Positions 46,043 through 57,148 of a stretch of DNA of 64,000 nt are shown here, one piece after another. Positions within the stretch are counted from its first letter, which is position 1. The number at the start of each line of letters is the position of its first letter. A model generated the notes under the pieces. It was given only the letters and a program-made list of their open reading frames with translations, was not told where the DNA came from and searched no databases. The DNA lies in the NCBI GenBank assembly GCA_963832835.1, contig CAWHVD010000001.1:2133199-2197198 (forward strand), given 5' to 3'. Origin of the DNA: an uncultured Chlamydiales bacterium (GTDB taxonomy: Bacteria; Chlamydiota; Chlamydiia; Chlamydiales; JAAKFR01). The position numbers and the translations under genes were made by a program.

Positions 46043-46165
46043 AAAGGCTCTCTCAAAAATACATACTAAAAAAATGATAAGATACCACCTCCCATGTTAA
46101 GGGGGTATTAAAAAGAAATTTTTCTCATTGCTCATTTTGCCCCATTTTCCTACAGTTTATTTCCT

Positions 46166-49100
46166 ATGCTGAACTTTCAAGATATGATTGCAAAGCTCAC
46201 CCAGTTCTGGGCTGAGCAGGGATGTATTGTCCACCAAGGTTACGATCTTGAAGTGGGTGCAGGAACTTTTAATCCGGCAACTTTTTTGCGTTGTTTGGGT
46301 CCGGAGCCCTATTCAGCTGTCTATGTTGAGCCCTCTCGCCGTCCCAAGGATGGGCGATATGGTGAGAACCCAAACCGGGTTCAATTCTACCATCAGATGC
46401 AGGTGATCCTTAAACCATCGCCCCCTAATATCCAAGACCTATATCTACAATCACTTGCAAGTATAGGTCTTGAACTCAAGCTACACGACATCCGTTTTGT
46501 CCATGACGATTGGGAAAACCCGACGATCGGGGCATGGGGACTGGGTTGGGAAGTATGGTGCGACGGGATGGAAGTGACTCAATTCACCTATTTTCAAGCA
46601 GTTGGCGGCGTTCCTGTTTCTCCTGTCAGCGGAGAGATTACATACGGGCTTGAAAGGCTCGCAATGTACCTTCAAGGGGTCGATTCGATGTTTGACCTCA
46701 AATGGAACAACGAAATCACCTATGGTGACATCTATAAACGCAACGAATGGGAATGGAGCCACTATAACTTTATCGAAGCAGACACAGCCATGTGGCTTCG
46801 GCATTTCGAAGATTTTGAAGCAGAGGCTAAAAGGCTGGTTCACAATCATCTTCCCATACCCGCCTACGATTTTGTCATGAAAGCCTCCCACGCATTTAAC
46901 ATGTTAGATGCGCGCGGAGTCATCTCTGTCACTGAACGAACGGGATATATTGCGCGGATCCGCAATCTTTCTAAGATGATGGCAGAAAGCTATTTGGCGA
47001 GCCGGGAAAAACTTGAGCACCCACTGCTACGCAATCACAAAGCTCAATCCGACACGCCTGCGGCACCAAAAGTTTCACCAAAAAATGACCCCACAGAACG
47101 ACAAGATTTTCTGCTAGAGATCGGTTCCGAAGAGCTACCAGCAACATTTGTTCCAATTGGAATGCAGCATCTGGAAACGCAGGTTCGCGCTCTATTGCAC
47201 ACTTACCAGCTCCCTTTTGAATCGATCGCAGTCTATGGCACCCCACGCAGATTAGCTCTATCGATTAAGGCTCTTGCAGGCGGGACTGCAGCCCAAAAGA
47301 TTGAAAAAAAGGGACCCTCCATTAAAGCAGCTTTTGATAGCGAGGGCAATCCCACCCAAGCAGGCAGCGGCTTTTTTCGATCCATCTTCGAGATCTGTCC
47401 TGAGCCACCTCAGTTATCTCAGATCCAAAATAGAGAAATACCAGAACTTGAAATCCGGCAAATCAAAGGGATCGATTATCTATTTGCCACCTATGAGCAA
47501 AAAGGGATCGCGACAAGAGCCCTGCTTGTTGAACATCTTCCCAAAGTCATTTTAGGGATCGAATTCCCCAAAAAAATGCGTTGGGCAGACTTGGATATCG
47601 AGTATGCACGCCCCTTAAGGTGGATTGTCTCCATTTATGACAGCGAAATCATTCCTTTTGTTCTGGGCAATATCGTCTCTTCCAATGTCTCATATGGCCA
47701 TCGCCAGCTTGCACCACAGGCTATCAAAATTGGCAAGCCACAAGATTACCTCTCTGCGCTCAAGGAACAATGGGTAATGGCTGATGTCCGAGAGCGGCAC
47801 GAATCGATTGTGCAGCAACTTTCTGTGATCGAGCAGGAGCTAGGTGGACAAGCAGCCGTCATCGAGCGGGTCATGCCTCAAGTGCTTCATCTGGTCGAAT
47901 GGCCTTTTTTGATGGTAGGTCACTTTGATCCGCTTTACTTGCAGGTGCCTAAAGAGGTCTTGATTTCTGAAATGGTGGAACACCAAAAGTACTTCCCTAT
48001 TACAGGCCCAGATGGAGCCCTTATGCCCCATTTTGTAATCGTGTGCAATAATAAGCCCTCTGATTTAATCCGGGCGGGCAACCAAAAAGCCCTCTCCCCG
48101 CGCCTTGCCGATGGGATGTTCCTCTACGGCGAAGATCTCAAAACTCCTCTTGCCCAGTTTAACGAAAAATTGAAAGCCGTTACTTTTCAAAAAGAGCTAG
48201 GGAGCGTCTGGGAAAAAGTGAACCGCACTATGGCAATCGCTGCCATGCTCCATCATTTTTTGCCCATCTGCAACCTGGCTCACCTCCTTAAAGCAGCTAC
48301 TCTTTGCAAAGCAGATCTGGCCTCCGGTCTTGTGGGTGAGTTTCCCGAACTACAAGGTGTCGTGGGTAGGCTCTATGCTCTCAAGCAAGGAGAACATTCT
48401 GAAGTGGCGGCGGCTATTGAAGAACATTGGATGCCGCGCGGAGAAAAAGCACCCTTACCGCAAACATCTGCGGGTGTACTTTTGAGTCTTTCTGAAAAGA
48501 TCGACAATTTTTTATGTTGTTATGCAATTGGACTCAAACCCTCCTCATCGAGCGATCCTTACGGTTTACGTCGTCAGGGAATTGGAATACTTAAAATGTT
48601 GATCGAGGGTAAGCACCATCTCTCCCTTTCTACAGTCTTCCAAAAGGCCATCGAGCTCTTTGTCAACACACCAGAGCTCCCTTCTAAGCTGGCGCAAGAG
48701 ACTAAAGAGAGACAAGCGTCTCTTATAGAGGAGATTTCCACTTTCCTTCTCAGCCGTTTGCGCTCCATTCTGGTCGACTACGGATTTGAAAAAGATGCCA
48801 TTGAAGCTGCCATCTCACATGGGTTTTATGATACCTTCGATCTATTCCGTAAGTTGGAAGCACTGCATAGATTCCGCAAAGAGCATCATCCCGAGTTTCT
48901 ACAACTGATCGAGATGCACACACGAACAAAAAAAATTCTCTTCAGCCAAAACCCTCATCTCACACCCGCATGGATGGTCCGTGCACTGTACAATCAGGAT
49001 CAACAAGTGCATCAGTTTCCTTCAGTCGATCCAGCTCTGTTAAAGGAACCTTCCGAGCAGGCTCTTTTTGATCGTCTGCAAGCTGTCAAACAGAAGTTTC

Positions 49101-49327
49101 ATGTGGAGCTCATTGACCGCAGGGAACTCAAAAGACGTCAATGGTACGAGGCCTACGCCCTTTTGACTACGCTACACGGTCCCATCACTACCCTCTTTGA
49201 ACAGGTCAAAATCATCGATGATGATGAAAAGATACGCATAAACCGATTGGCCCTTCTTCAAGAGATTTGGGATCTTTGTGAGGAACTTGCTGACTTTAGC
49301 AAAATCCAAGAACATGCCCTCACCTGA
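46166..49327 (+). CDS. glyQS: Glycyl-tRNA synthetase, fused alpha and beta subunits
   Basis: 1053 aa. The N-terminal alpha subunit ([38 protein letters not shown]) continues into the beta subunit (..[11 protein letters not shown]..). Confidence 0.92.
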   Translation: MLNFQDMIAKLTQFWAEQGCIVHQGYDLEVGAGTFNPATFLRCLGPEPYSAVYVEPSRRPKDGRYGENPNRVQFYHQMQVILKPSPPNIQDLYLQSLASIGLELKLHDIRFVHDDWENPTIGAWGLGWEVWCDGMEVTQFTYFQAVGGVPVSPVSGEITYGLERLAMYLQGVDSMFDLKWNNEITYGDIYKRNEWEWSHYNFIEADTAMWLRHFEDFEAEAKRLVHNHLPIPAYDFVMKASHAFNMLDARGVISVTERTGYIARIRNLSKMMAESYLASREKLEHPLLRNHKAQSDTPAAPKVSPKNDPTERQDFLLEIGSEELPATFVPIGMQHLETQVRALLHTYQLPFESIAVYGTPRRLALSIKALAGGTAAQKIEKKGPSIKAAFDSEGNPTQAGSGFFRSIFEICPEPPQLSQIQNREIPELEIRQIKGIDYLFATYEQKGIATRALLVEHLPKVILGIEFPKKMRWADLDIEYARPLRWIVSIYDSEIIPFVLGNIVSSNVSYGHRQLAPQAIKIGKPQDYLSALKEQWVMADVRERHESIVQQLSVIEQELGGQAAVIERVMPQVLHLVEWPFLMVGHFDPLYLQVPKEVLISEMVEHQKYFPITGPDGALMPHFVIVCNNKPSDLIRAGNQKALSPRLADGMFLYGEDLKTPLAQFNEKLKAVTFQKELGSVWEKVNRTMAIAAMLHHFLPICNLAHLLKAATLCKADLASGLVGEFPELQGVVGRLYALKQGEHSEVAAAIEEHWMPRGEKAPLPQTSAGVLLSLSEKIDNFLCCYAIGLKPSSSSDPYGLRRQGIGILKMLIEGKHHLSLSTVFQKAIELFVNTPELPSKLAQETKERQASLIEEISTFLLSRLRSILVDYGFEKDAIEAAISHGFYDTFDLFRKLEALHRFRKEHHPEFLQLIEMHTRTKKILFSQNPHLTPAWMVRALYNQDQQVHQFPSVDPALLKEPSEQALFDRLQAVKQKFHVELIDRRELKRRQWYEAYALLTTLHGPITTLFEQVKIIDDDEKIRINRLALLQEIWDLCEELADFSKIQEHALT

Positions 49328-49345
49328 TTGGTAGGGGGATTTTAA

Positions 49346-49458
49346 ACACAGAGACACAGAGAAGCAGAAACAGATAGAGAAATCCCTGACCTGCTTTGGT
49401 GTTGTTCTATTTGACTTTCTTTAAAAAATCTTCTCTGCGCCTCTGAGCCTCTGTGTGT
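49346..49458. repeat. Inverted pair of CTCTG-type short-repeat arms between convergent genes
   Basis: acacagagacacagagaagcagaaacag (49346-) is matched by ttctctgcgcctctgagcctctgtgtgt (-49458). A related single arm lies at 5483-5520 (aaaaaatcctctttgcgtctttgtgtctttgcg). Confidence 0.5.
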
Positions 49459-49474
49459 AAAAATACCCTATCAA

Positions 49475-49876
49475 TCAGGGAAGGAAGCGGTCGGAGGGTT
49501 GAGCAATGGGGGTGCGGCCTGGAAAAAGACGGAAGCGATTGCGGGCGACTAAGCGATAGAACGGATCGAAAAGGAAGGAAGGCAGAAATGAGAGCAAACC
49601 TACCCCAGCATACTTTCCACCTAAAAGCCATAAGATACGCAAGGCTCCTTTTCCTTCGATCAGTAACTTTTCATCTGCTGTCTCATAGTTCTGCAGAAGT
49701 ATAAGAGTGTCAAGCTCAGGACTCTTGAGAAAGAAGTGAGCCAGCTTCTTCTCTGCTGTTTTTCCTTTAAGCGGTGCAAAATAGAACTTTTGAGCACGAT
49801 CGACATTGAGGATAAAGCGCACTGCACGGTTGCAAAGTGGACACTCCCCATCATAAAAAATTACATGTTTCATCAA
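49475..49876 (-). CDS. DCC-family thiol-disulfide oxidoreductase (DUF393)
   Basis: FYDGECPLCNRAVRFI is the CxxC motif of the DCC family. The protein is 133 aa. Its ATG overlaps the dnaG stop (ATGA). Confidence 0.8.
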   Translation of the reverse strand: MMKHVIFYDGECPLCNRAVRFILNVDRAQKFYFAPLKGKTAEKKLAHFFLKSPELDTLILLQNYETADEKLLIEGKGALRILWLLGGKYAGVGLLSFLPSFLFDPFYRLVARNRFRLFPGRTPIAQPSDRFLP

Positions 49877-51609
49877 TTAACCAGTACCGCTACCAGGCGC
49901 CCGGTTTTAAGCGCATCAAATTGCTTGGCAAGCTCAAGAACTTTGTCATCGCTATGACCGCCACTGTGGATTTCCAGATTAACCACTTCGCACGTTTGCA
50001 TCCACTCACGGTCGAGCAGTTTCTGAACTGTCTCTAGAAAATGCCCCTCAGCCCGTTCACGGTTCACTTTTTTCTGAAGCATCTCGTCGATGAGGGTAGG
50101 ATCTTCAATGTCTGCTGCCAAGGTGAAAAGATCTGTCTTCCCTTCCTCTATGATTTTTTGAAAGATCTGCCGACAACCGGAGGTTGCAAAATGTTTTTCT
50201 TCCAAGTACACCTTGACTGTGGGCAAAAACGTTTCACCCATTAAAAAAAGCCAACGGATGAGATCTAGCTCTAGGGTACGGTGGGGATCGACTGGAGTGA
50301 GAGTCAATGTGCCACGACTTTTGACATAAGAGGGTGCAAAAGCACCTTGTTTAAGACCAACCATCTCCTCGGGCACTCTCACTAACGAGGCGATTTTGCG
50401 TAAACTCTCGTGCACCATGACAGGATCTTCCCAAGCGTCGACCTGCTTTTTTAAAGTCTTGACGAGTTCGGCCTTTCCGGCGGGAGAATCGAGATTCAAC
50501 TCACGCCCCAAGTAACCGACTTGAAAAGAGAGATAACTTTCAGCTCCTTCAATCTCCTCAATAAGTCTTGGGGTACCAAACTGAGTGAGGTACGTATCCG
50601 GATCGCTCCCCTTAGGCATATTCACAACAAACACTTCTATACCACGCTGTTGAAGCAAATCCCCCACTTTAGAAGCGGCTGCAGCTCCTGCCGCATCCCC
50701 ATCAAACAGAAGGTATGCGGTACGCAATCCCAATTTTTTCAGCTCTTCGCTATGACTCTCGCCAAAAGCAGTCCCCAACGCAGCTACAGTGAGATTCAGC
50801 CCCGCTTCAATCAACTTGAAACAGTCAATCTGCCCTTCTACAATCAGGGCTCGCCGCTCCTTAGCAATTCGCCTGCGGCAATAGTTCAGGCCAAAAAGGA
50901 TGCGTGACTTTTTGAATAAGGGCGTTTCAGGAGTATTGATGTATTTTCCCCCAAAAGCCCCTTCTTTGTAGTGACGGGCCGAAAAACCGATCACTGCTCC
51001 GGTAGGGTTGCGGATGGGAAAGGTGATCCGATCTCGGAAAAAAGGTCTAGCTCCTCCTTCCACCAATAAGCCTGCCTCGATCAGCACATCTTCAGATACC
51101 TTTTCTGCACGCATTATTTTACGTAGGATCGTCCCATCATTAGGGGCAAAACCTACCTCAAAACGGTTGATAAAATCGAGCGTTAGTCCACGCTTATACA
51201 GATACTCAAGAGCATCTCTGCCCTCTTCCGTATACAGCAAAGTGGCATGGAAATACTGAGAAGCTAAAACACATGCCTCCTTCAGTGCCGATTTATCGGT
51301 CCCTTTTTCCCCTTGCTGCTGCCTTTCTAAAGGGACATGAAACCGTTCGGCAAGAGACTCTACGGCATCCACAAAAGAGAGATTGAGGTACTCCATGAGA
51401 AATTGAATCGCATCTCCATGAGCCCCACAACCATAGCAATGGTAATGCGTATCCCCTTTCTGAATCATGAAAGAGGGGCTTTTCTCTTGGTGAAAAGGAC
51501 ACAGACCCTTATGCGACACCCCCATACGCTTCATCTCGACATGGCCAGAGACAACCTCGAGGAGATCAATCCTCTCCTTCAACTTTTCCAAACTTTCTTT
51601 CGTAAACAA
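49873..51609 (-). CDS. dnaG: DNA primase
   Basis: The zinc finger is CPFHQEKSPSFMIQKGDTHYHCYGCGAHGD, and the TOPRIM region is LIVEGQIDC..LFDGDAAG. There is an apparent TTG start. Confidence 0.9.
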   Translation of the reverse strand: MFTKESLEKLKERIDLLEVVSGHVEMKRMGVSHKGLCPFHQEKSPSFMIQKGDTHYHCYGCGAHGDAIQFLMEYLNLSFVDAVESLAERFHVPLERQQQGEKGTDKSALKEACVLASQYFHATLLYTEEGRDALEYLYKRGLTLDFINRFEVGFAPNDGTILRKIMRAEKVSEDVLIEAGLLVEGGARPFFRDRITFPIRNPTGAVIGFSARHYKEGAFGGKYINTPETPLFKKSRILFGLNYCRRRIAKERRALIVEGQIDCFKLIEAGLNLTVAALGTAFGESHSEELKKLGLRTAYLLFDGDAAGAAAASKVGDLLQQRGIEVFVVNMPKGSDPDTYLTQFGTPRLIEEIEGAESYLSFQVGYLGRELNLDSPAGKAELVKTLKKQVDAWEDPVMVHESLRKIASLVRVPEEMVGLKQGAFAPSYVKSRGTLTLTPVDPHRTLELDLIRWLFLMGETFLPTVKVYLEEKHFATSGCRQIFQKIIEEGKTDLFTLAADIEDPTLIDEMLQKKVNRERAEGHFLETVQKLLDREWMQTCEVVNLEIHSGGHSDDKVLELAKQFDALKTGRLVAVLVN

Positions 51610-51692
51610 ACGATACCTCTTGATTGCCAGAGGATAACTCGCTCTCCTCTAACAGGTCAAGCTTTCCCCACTTATACCAATCCGTTGAAATA

Positions 51693-51792
51693 ATACCATT
51701 TATCAAAAATAAAGCCATGAAGTGGCACTGGGTAACATGACAGATTTGGACGATCGTTTCGAAGCTCATATTTTTAAATAAGGAGCGAAAGC
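51693..51792. repeat. Partial inverted copy of repeat family 3
   Basis: ataccatttatcaaaaataaagccatgaagtggcactgggtaacatgacagatttggacgatcgtttcgaagc is nearly identical to the reverse complement of 41470-41551. Confidence 0.75.
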
Positions 51793-51943
51793 TGCGACAA
51801 CTATGCGCTCTCTTCTCTCTTTAGGGTACTCTTCTAAGGAAAAGATCCCTGAGTATCAGGGAAACAGACCCAAAATTCAGGAGAGAGTTACATGACTCGC
51901 TTTACGGGCCAAATTCGCCCTTTTGAAATCCCCTCTCAGGTTA

Positions 51944-52110
51944 AACCTAAAAACGGCAGTTCGAGATGGTAAAGTGATGCAAGATTTTGATTTAGAATCA
52001 CTTTTAATAGGGGGCGCACATTCCCAAATGGTGAAGGGGCCCCCTAATAGAAGCGATTCTGGATCAAAAGATTGCGTCAATTTGCCGTCTCCAACTGCCG
52101 TTTTTAGGTT
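51944..52110. repeat. 167-bp palindromic element (family 4)
   Basis: The arms aacctaaaaacggcagttcgagatggtaaagtgatgcaag... and ...cgtcaatttgccgtctccaactgccgtttttaggtt are about 80% complementary over about 70 nt each. The right end supplies the last codon and stop of 52104-53222. Confidence 0.75.
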
Positions 52111-53222
52111 AAAAGTGTTTTACGGAAACGGGCTAAGGATATTAAAAATAAGACAGCCCCAATCAAAAACAAATAAAGGAACTGTGGCCAAACTACCTCT
52201 ATGCCAGCTCCCCTATAAAGTATGGATTGCGAAAGGATCACAAAATTTGTATTAGGAGTAACTAACATAATATTTTGGATAAATGTGGGCATGCTTTCAC
52301 GCGGAGTCAAAGTGCCTGAAAGAATCTGCAAAGGTAAAACTACCATGATCAGAATTAATGCAAACTGAGGCATAGAACGTGCAAAAGTTCCTAGTAAGAT
52401 ACCTAAAGAGGTCGTAGCGAACAAGACAAGCAGTACGCCTATCATAAATAAAAAAAGTGAACCTTCAATGGGCATAGAAATCAGCAGTCGTATAACGCAC
52501 TCTAATGAAAAAAAAGTGATGACTAACACGATAAGCTGCATAGACCATATTTTACTTACCATAATTTCGAAGGGTGTAACTGGCATCACTAGTAAATGTT
52601 CCACAGTCCCGTGTTCCCTTTCCCTGATCAAAGCTGCGCCTGTCAGAACAATCGAAAGCAGGGTTATGTTATCGATAAGCTCCCTCAATCCCCCGTACCA
52701 GCTTTCCTTCATTTCGGGATTAAACTGAATCCTATAAGGAACATCTATGGGAGGAGGAGCTCTATTTAAGCTGTGTTTATGCACAAACGCAGTGACCTCG
52801 CCCATGATAATTTGTTGGATATGTTCATTACCGGTTAAAGCCTGGCTAATCCTGGTGGCATCAATATTGAGTTGGATAGCTGGTTTTTTTCCGGCAAGTA
52901 CATCTTGTTCAAATTTAGCTGGAATGACGATCGAAAAACTATCGAGACCAGCCTTCATCCTTTTATCTAATTTACTCAGGTTAGTTACATTTGGGGTTTT
53001 GAAATAGGGGGGGTAAAAGGCATCAATAATTCTTCTAGACAACTCCGATTGATCCTCGTCTACAATAGAAATGGATGCTTTGTGAAGAGTGTCGGGTAAA
53101 GACATGGCTGATACATATATAATAAAAGTAAAAGCAAAAACAATGAATCCGATTAAAATTGGATCTCGGCGAAGGCCCATCAGTTCTTTAACACCAAGAA
53201 AGTAGATATTTTTCAAACGCAT
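52104..53222 (-). CDS. ABC-2 type transporter permease (YhhJ-like)
   Basis: 372 aa with one N-terminal TM, a large loop, then five or six TM helices. It directly follows the RbbA-like gene. Confidence 0.8.
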   Translation of the reverse strand: MRLKNIYFLGVKELMGLRRDPILIGFIVFAFTFIIYVSAMSLPDTLHKASISIVDEDQSELSRRIIDAFYPPYFKTPNVTNLSKLDKRMKAGLDSFSIVIPAKFEQDVLAGKKPAIQLNIDATRISQALTGNEHIQQIIMGEVTAFVHKHSLNRAPPPIDVPYRIQFNPEMKESWYGGLRELIDNITLLSIVLTGAALIREREHGTVEHLLVMPVTPFEIMVSKIWSMQLIVLVITFFSLECVIRLLISMPIEGSLFLFMIGVLLVLFATTSLGILLGTFARSMPQFALILIMVVLPLQILSGTLTPRESMPTFIQNIMLVTPNTNFVILSQSILYRGAGIEVVWPQFLYLFLIGAVLFLISLARFRKTLLT

Positions 53223-53234
53223 ATTCGGTGTTCC

Positions 53235-56012
53235 CTAACGCTCCTGCTTTTTCAAAAATAGAGCAGAAAGCCCCAGCAATAGAGGAATCGTGATTAGCAA
53301 TGGAATGAACCAAATGGCAAGCTCTTTAAAACCAAGACCTTTTGAAAAAACACCTCTTGCAATAACTAAATAGAATGTTGTTGGAAATACATGTCCAGTG
53401 AATGCCCCTATCCCCTCCAAAGAGGAAATAGGATCGAGCAAGCCTGAAAAATTGATAGTCGGAACAAGGGTCAGAACACCGGTGGCAAAGATAGCTGCGG
53501 TTTGGCTTTTGGTGAAGGTTGAGACCAACAGTCCAATAGCCGTTGAGGTTGCAACAAACAGGAGGGTGCCCAATAGTAGTGCCAAAAAATTCCCTTTAAC
53601 TGATACATCAAAAACAAAATAGGCCACGCCGAGCATCAAAAAAAAACTGATCATCGCAAGGAACATATACGGAATTTGCTTGCCGATCAAAAATTCTAAG
53701 CGTGTAGTTGGAGAGACATAAAGGTTAACGATGGAACCCAGTTCTTTTTCTCGTACAACAGAAAGCGCACTGAGCATGGCAGGAACCATCATAAGAACTA
53801 TGGCAAAGGCTGCTGGCACCATTGCCTTCTGACTAGTAACATCAGGATTATAAAGATAACGCGTCTCAATAGATATAGGCTCTTGTGGCGTTTTGATTTT
53901 TAGCCCTTTCCGTGCCAAGTTTGTCAGCCAATCCAGGTTCATCCCCTGCATATAGCTGAGAATGATCTGAGCGCGCCTTGGCATCACTCCGTCAATCCAT
54001 GTTCCAATGCTCACAGGCCTGCCATGGCGTATATCTTGTGCAAAGTCTGGGGGAATTTCTATAGCTAGGCTAATCTCACCACTGCGCATACGCCGCTCCA
54101 AATCCTGGTAATCCTCGATAGGCGGGCGTTCGATAAAATAGCGAGATCCAGCGATATTTTTGATATAATCTTGGCTAGTATGCGTCCGGTCTCTATCCAG
54201 TACAGCAAAAGAGAGATTTCTCACATCGAGGCTAATTCCATAACCAAATGCCAACAATAGGATAATGCTGCCAATCGCGGAAAATGTTAAACGGGTGCCA
54301 TCTCGATAAAGTTCTAACGCCTCTCTTTGAATATAGCTTGTCATGCGCCGTAGGCTGAAAAAACTCGGTTTTGTTTTCAAACCTGGATTTTTCAAGTTAG
54401 CAGCAGTTTGGCTGAACGTAGAAAGACCGGGCTCAGTATGAGTCTCTGTAAGGACGCCAGAATCTTGAATTAATTTGATGAAAGCTTCTTCTAAAGTTTT
54501 TGTTTTGCATTGTTTTATTAGGTCAGCTGGAGAAGCGCTTGCCAATACATCCCCTGCATGCATGATTGAAATCCTATCGCACCGCTCCGCTTCATTCATA
54601 AAATGGGTGGAAATGAAAATTGTGACCTTATCTTTCCGGGAAAGCTCCATCATGATTTGCCAAAAAGCATCGCGAGCGATGGGGTCTACACCCGAGGTCG
54701 GTTCGTCTAAAATCAATATTTCCGGGTCAGGAAGCATAGCGACTGCCAAAGAGAGCCTTTGGCGTTGTCCCAGCGGAATAAACTGAGGGAGGCTATCGAT
54801 CTCTTTATCAAGGCCAAATCGTTGAATAATTTTTTCAACTTTTTCAGGGATGTGCTCTTCTGGAATACTGAAAAGACGCGCATGGAGGATTAGATTTTGC
54901 TTTACCGTAAGCTCTGTATACAGAGAGAATGATTGAGACATATAGCCGATGCGCTTGCGGATTTCTAGATCGTGTGGATTCAAAGGATGGCCAAAGAGCT
55001 TTGCCTCCCCAATTGTTGGTGGCAAAAGTCCTGTCAGCATCTTCATCGTGGTTGTCTTCCCACTGCCATTAGATCCCAAGAAGCCGAAGATTTCACCACG
55101 TTCTATCTGGAAGCCCACATGATTAACGGCAGTGAAATCGCCAAATCGCATCGTCAGATTGTCGGCCTCAATAAAAGTTTCAGTGTCTCCTTGTTTTAGG
55201 CGGGGAATCATCACAACGGGCTTGTAATTTTTGAGCTGGGCGGCTGGAAGCATGGCGATAAATGCTTCCTCCATAGTGGATGAGGCTTCTGTTGCCAAAA
55301 ATGTATCAACCGTTCCTGAAAAAAGCACATGTCCGTTATGCATAGCTATAAGCCACTCAAATCTAGAAGCCTCTTCCATATATGCAGTGGCAACCAATAT
55401 ACTCATGCCAAAACGTTCTTTGCGAATACTGTCTATCATCTCCCAAAATAGCCGACGAGACAGTGGATCGATACCTGTTGTGGGTTCATCCAAAATCAAG
55501 ATGTCAGGTTCATGAATCAAAGCGCAGCAGATCCCTAGTTTTTGCTGCATACCGCCAGAGAGTTTGCCGGCAAGACGCTCTTTAAAAGGGGCTAATCCAG
55601 TTGCTTCCAAAAGGTTCTGAATGCGCTCGCTTCGCTGCTTTTGGTTAAGGCCAAATAACCTGCCAAAAAAATCGACATTCTCGAAAACTGAAAGAGTCGA
55701 ATAGAGATTTTTGCCAAGCCCTTGTGGCATATAAGCAACCCTAGGACAAACCATCTCACGGTGCCCTTTATCGGACATGTCACCTCCAAACAACTCAACC
55801 TTTCCCGTTTGGATTTCGCGTGAGCCGGATATAAGTGATAAAAGCGTTGACTTTCCGACACCGTCCGAGCCTATTATCCCAACAGTGCAACCTGATGGAA
55901 TGTCAAGGTCAATAGCATCTAGGGCAACAACGCTCCCGTACCGCAAAGTGACTTCGCGAATCTTTGCAACTGGCTGCATTGATGCATCTACAGAAGCTGT
56001 CTGAAGATTCAT
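53235..56012 (-). CDS. Fused ABC protein: two ATPase domains plus ABC-2 permease (RbbA/YhiH-like)
   Basis: 925 aa. Walker A occurs twice ([18 protein letters not shown]). LSGGMQQKL, Walker B ILILDEPT (twice) and a C-terminal polytopic domain are present. Confidence 0.88.
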   Translation of the reverse strand: MNLQTASVDASMQPVAKIREVTLRYGSVVALDAIDLDIPSGCTVGIIGSDGVGKSTLLSLISGSREIQTGKVELFGGDMSDKGHREMVCPRVAYMPQGLGKNLYSTLSVFENVDFFGRLFGLNQKQRSERIQNLLEATGLAPFKERLAGKLSGGMQQKLGICCALIHEPDILILDEPTTGIDPLSRRLFWEMIDSIRKERFGMSILVATAYMEEASRFEWLIAMHNGHVLFSGTVDTFLATEASSTMEEAFIAMLPAAQLKNYKPVVMIPRLKQGDTETFIEADNLTMRFGDFTAVNHVGFQIERGEIFGFLGSNGSGKTTTMKMLTGLLPPTIGEAKLFGHPLNPHDLEIRKRIGYMSQSFSLYTELTVKQNLILHARLFSIPEEHIPEKVEKIIQRFGLDKEIDSLPQFIPLGQRQRLSLAVAMLPDPEILILDEPTSGVDPIARDAFWQIMMELSRKDKVTIFISTHFMNEAERCDRISIMHAGDVLASASPADLIKQCKTKTLEEAFIKLIQDSGVLTETHTEPGLSTFSQTAANLKNPGLKTKPSFFSLRRMTSYIQREALELYRDGTRLTFSAIGSIILLLAFGYGISLDVRNLSFAVLDRDRTHTSQDYIKNIAGSRYFIERPPIEDYQDLERRMRSGEISLAIEIPPDFAQDIRHGRPVSIGTWIDGVMPRRAQIILSYMQGMNLDWLTNLARKGLKIKTPQEPISIETRYLYNPDVTSQKAMVPAAFAIVLMMVPAMLSALSVVREKELGSIVNLYVSPTTRLEFLIGKQIPYMFLAMISFFLMLGVAYFVFDVSVKGNFLALLLGTLLFVATSTAIGLLVSTFTKSQTAAIFATGVLTLVPTINFSGLLDPISSLEGIGAFTGHVFPTTFYLVIARGVFSKGLGFKELAIWFIPLLITIPLLLGLSALFLKKQER

Positions 56013-57148
56013 ATGTTTACCTTGAGATTGTCAGGCCATGGTTTTGCCAGGTCAAGCCGAATGTACGCCACTCCAGGCAAACCGGTTTTGACATAGGTGA
56101 TATACTTTTTAAGAAGTTCTGGGGGAATTTGAGCTTTTACCCGGAACATAAATTTTTCTCTTTCAGATGCCGTTTCAACCGTTTTCGGGGTAAATTGAGC
56201 AACATCTGAAACGAATGATATATATGCTGGGATGACATATTGCGGCGCCGCATCCAATACTAGCCTCACCTCTTCTCCAATTGCCACACGTCCTGCATAC
56301 GCCGTAGAAAGAAAAAAAGTCATGTAAACATCACTTAAATCTGAGAGGCTCAATACTGGGCTCCCAGCAGCCACTACTTCTCCTGGCTGAGCGATACGGT
56401 ATTGGATGCGTCCATCGCGAGGTGTTTTTAGCGCGCTGTCCTTTATATCTGCCTCTACGCGTTCAACAATTCCCTTTGCTGCTTCAACTGATGCTTCTGC
56501 TCCATTAACCTCTTCTTGCGCAGTTACAACAGCCGCGTCGGCTGCCCCAATTTGGGCATAAGAAGCCTCTTTTGCAGCAATAGCACTTTTATAAGTCGCC
56601 CAATCATCGTCAGCTATCTGCTGCGAAGCTGCCCCTTCTGAAACCAGCTTTAAAGTGCGGGTCCACCTTTTTTCAGCAACTTCTAATTCAGCCTCACGCT
56701 GTTTAAATATAGCCTCTGCTGCGATTTTTTCGCTTTTTCTCTGTATGAGTGTACTCTGTTTTACAGCGACAAAATTATTTGCCTGAAGTAGCTTGCCTTG
56801 AACCTCTCTAAGCTGCGCATCTAGGACATCGGTATCCATGTATGCCACAATCTCGCCTGCTTTGACATAGTCCCCTTCATTCACAAGAATTTCTTTAACT
56901 CGCCCAGATATCCTGGGAGCAATATCAATTTCAGTAGCCTCGATGCGTCCATTTGCACGGATGATATTGCCTTTCTCAGTCGCTAAGTAGTGTTGCCAAA
57001 TCATAAAAGCTATCATTCCAATAACAAGCAATCCTACCGCAGGCAATAACCATTTTTTCCTTTTTACATCCCTTATCCGTTTCTTGAAGCTTTCCAGAGC
57101 TGTATTGAAAAATTGAACACACTTGTCTTTATCGATAATCTTGGTCAT
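56009..57148 (-). CDS. HlyD-family periplasmic adaptor (YhiI-like)
   Basis: 379 aa with an N-terminal TM ([18 protein letters not shown]), lipoyl hairpins ([23 protein letters not shown]) and a coiled coil. It overlaps the downstream gene by ATGA. Confidence 0.85.
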   Translation of the reverse strand: MTKIIDKDKCVQFFNTALESFKKRIRDVKRKKWLLPAVGLLVIGMIAFMIWQHYLATEKGNIIRANGRIEATEIDIAPRISGRVKEILVNEGDYVKAGEIVAYMDTDVLDAQLREVQGKLLQANNFVAVKQSTLIQRKSEKIAAEAIFKQREAELEVAEKRWTRTLKLVSEGAASQQIADDDWATYKSAIAAKEASYAQIGAADAAVVTAQEEVNGAEASVEAAKGIVERVEADIKDSALKTPRDGRIQYRIAQPGEVVAAGSPVLSLSDLSDVYMTFFLSTAYAGRVAIGEEVRLVLDAAPQYVIPAYISFVSDVAQFTPKTVETASEREKFMFRVKAQIPPELLKKYITYVKTGLPGVAYIRLDLAKPWPDNLKVNI

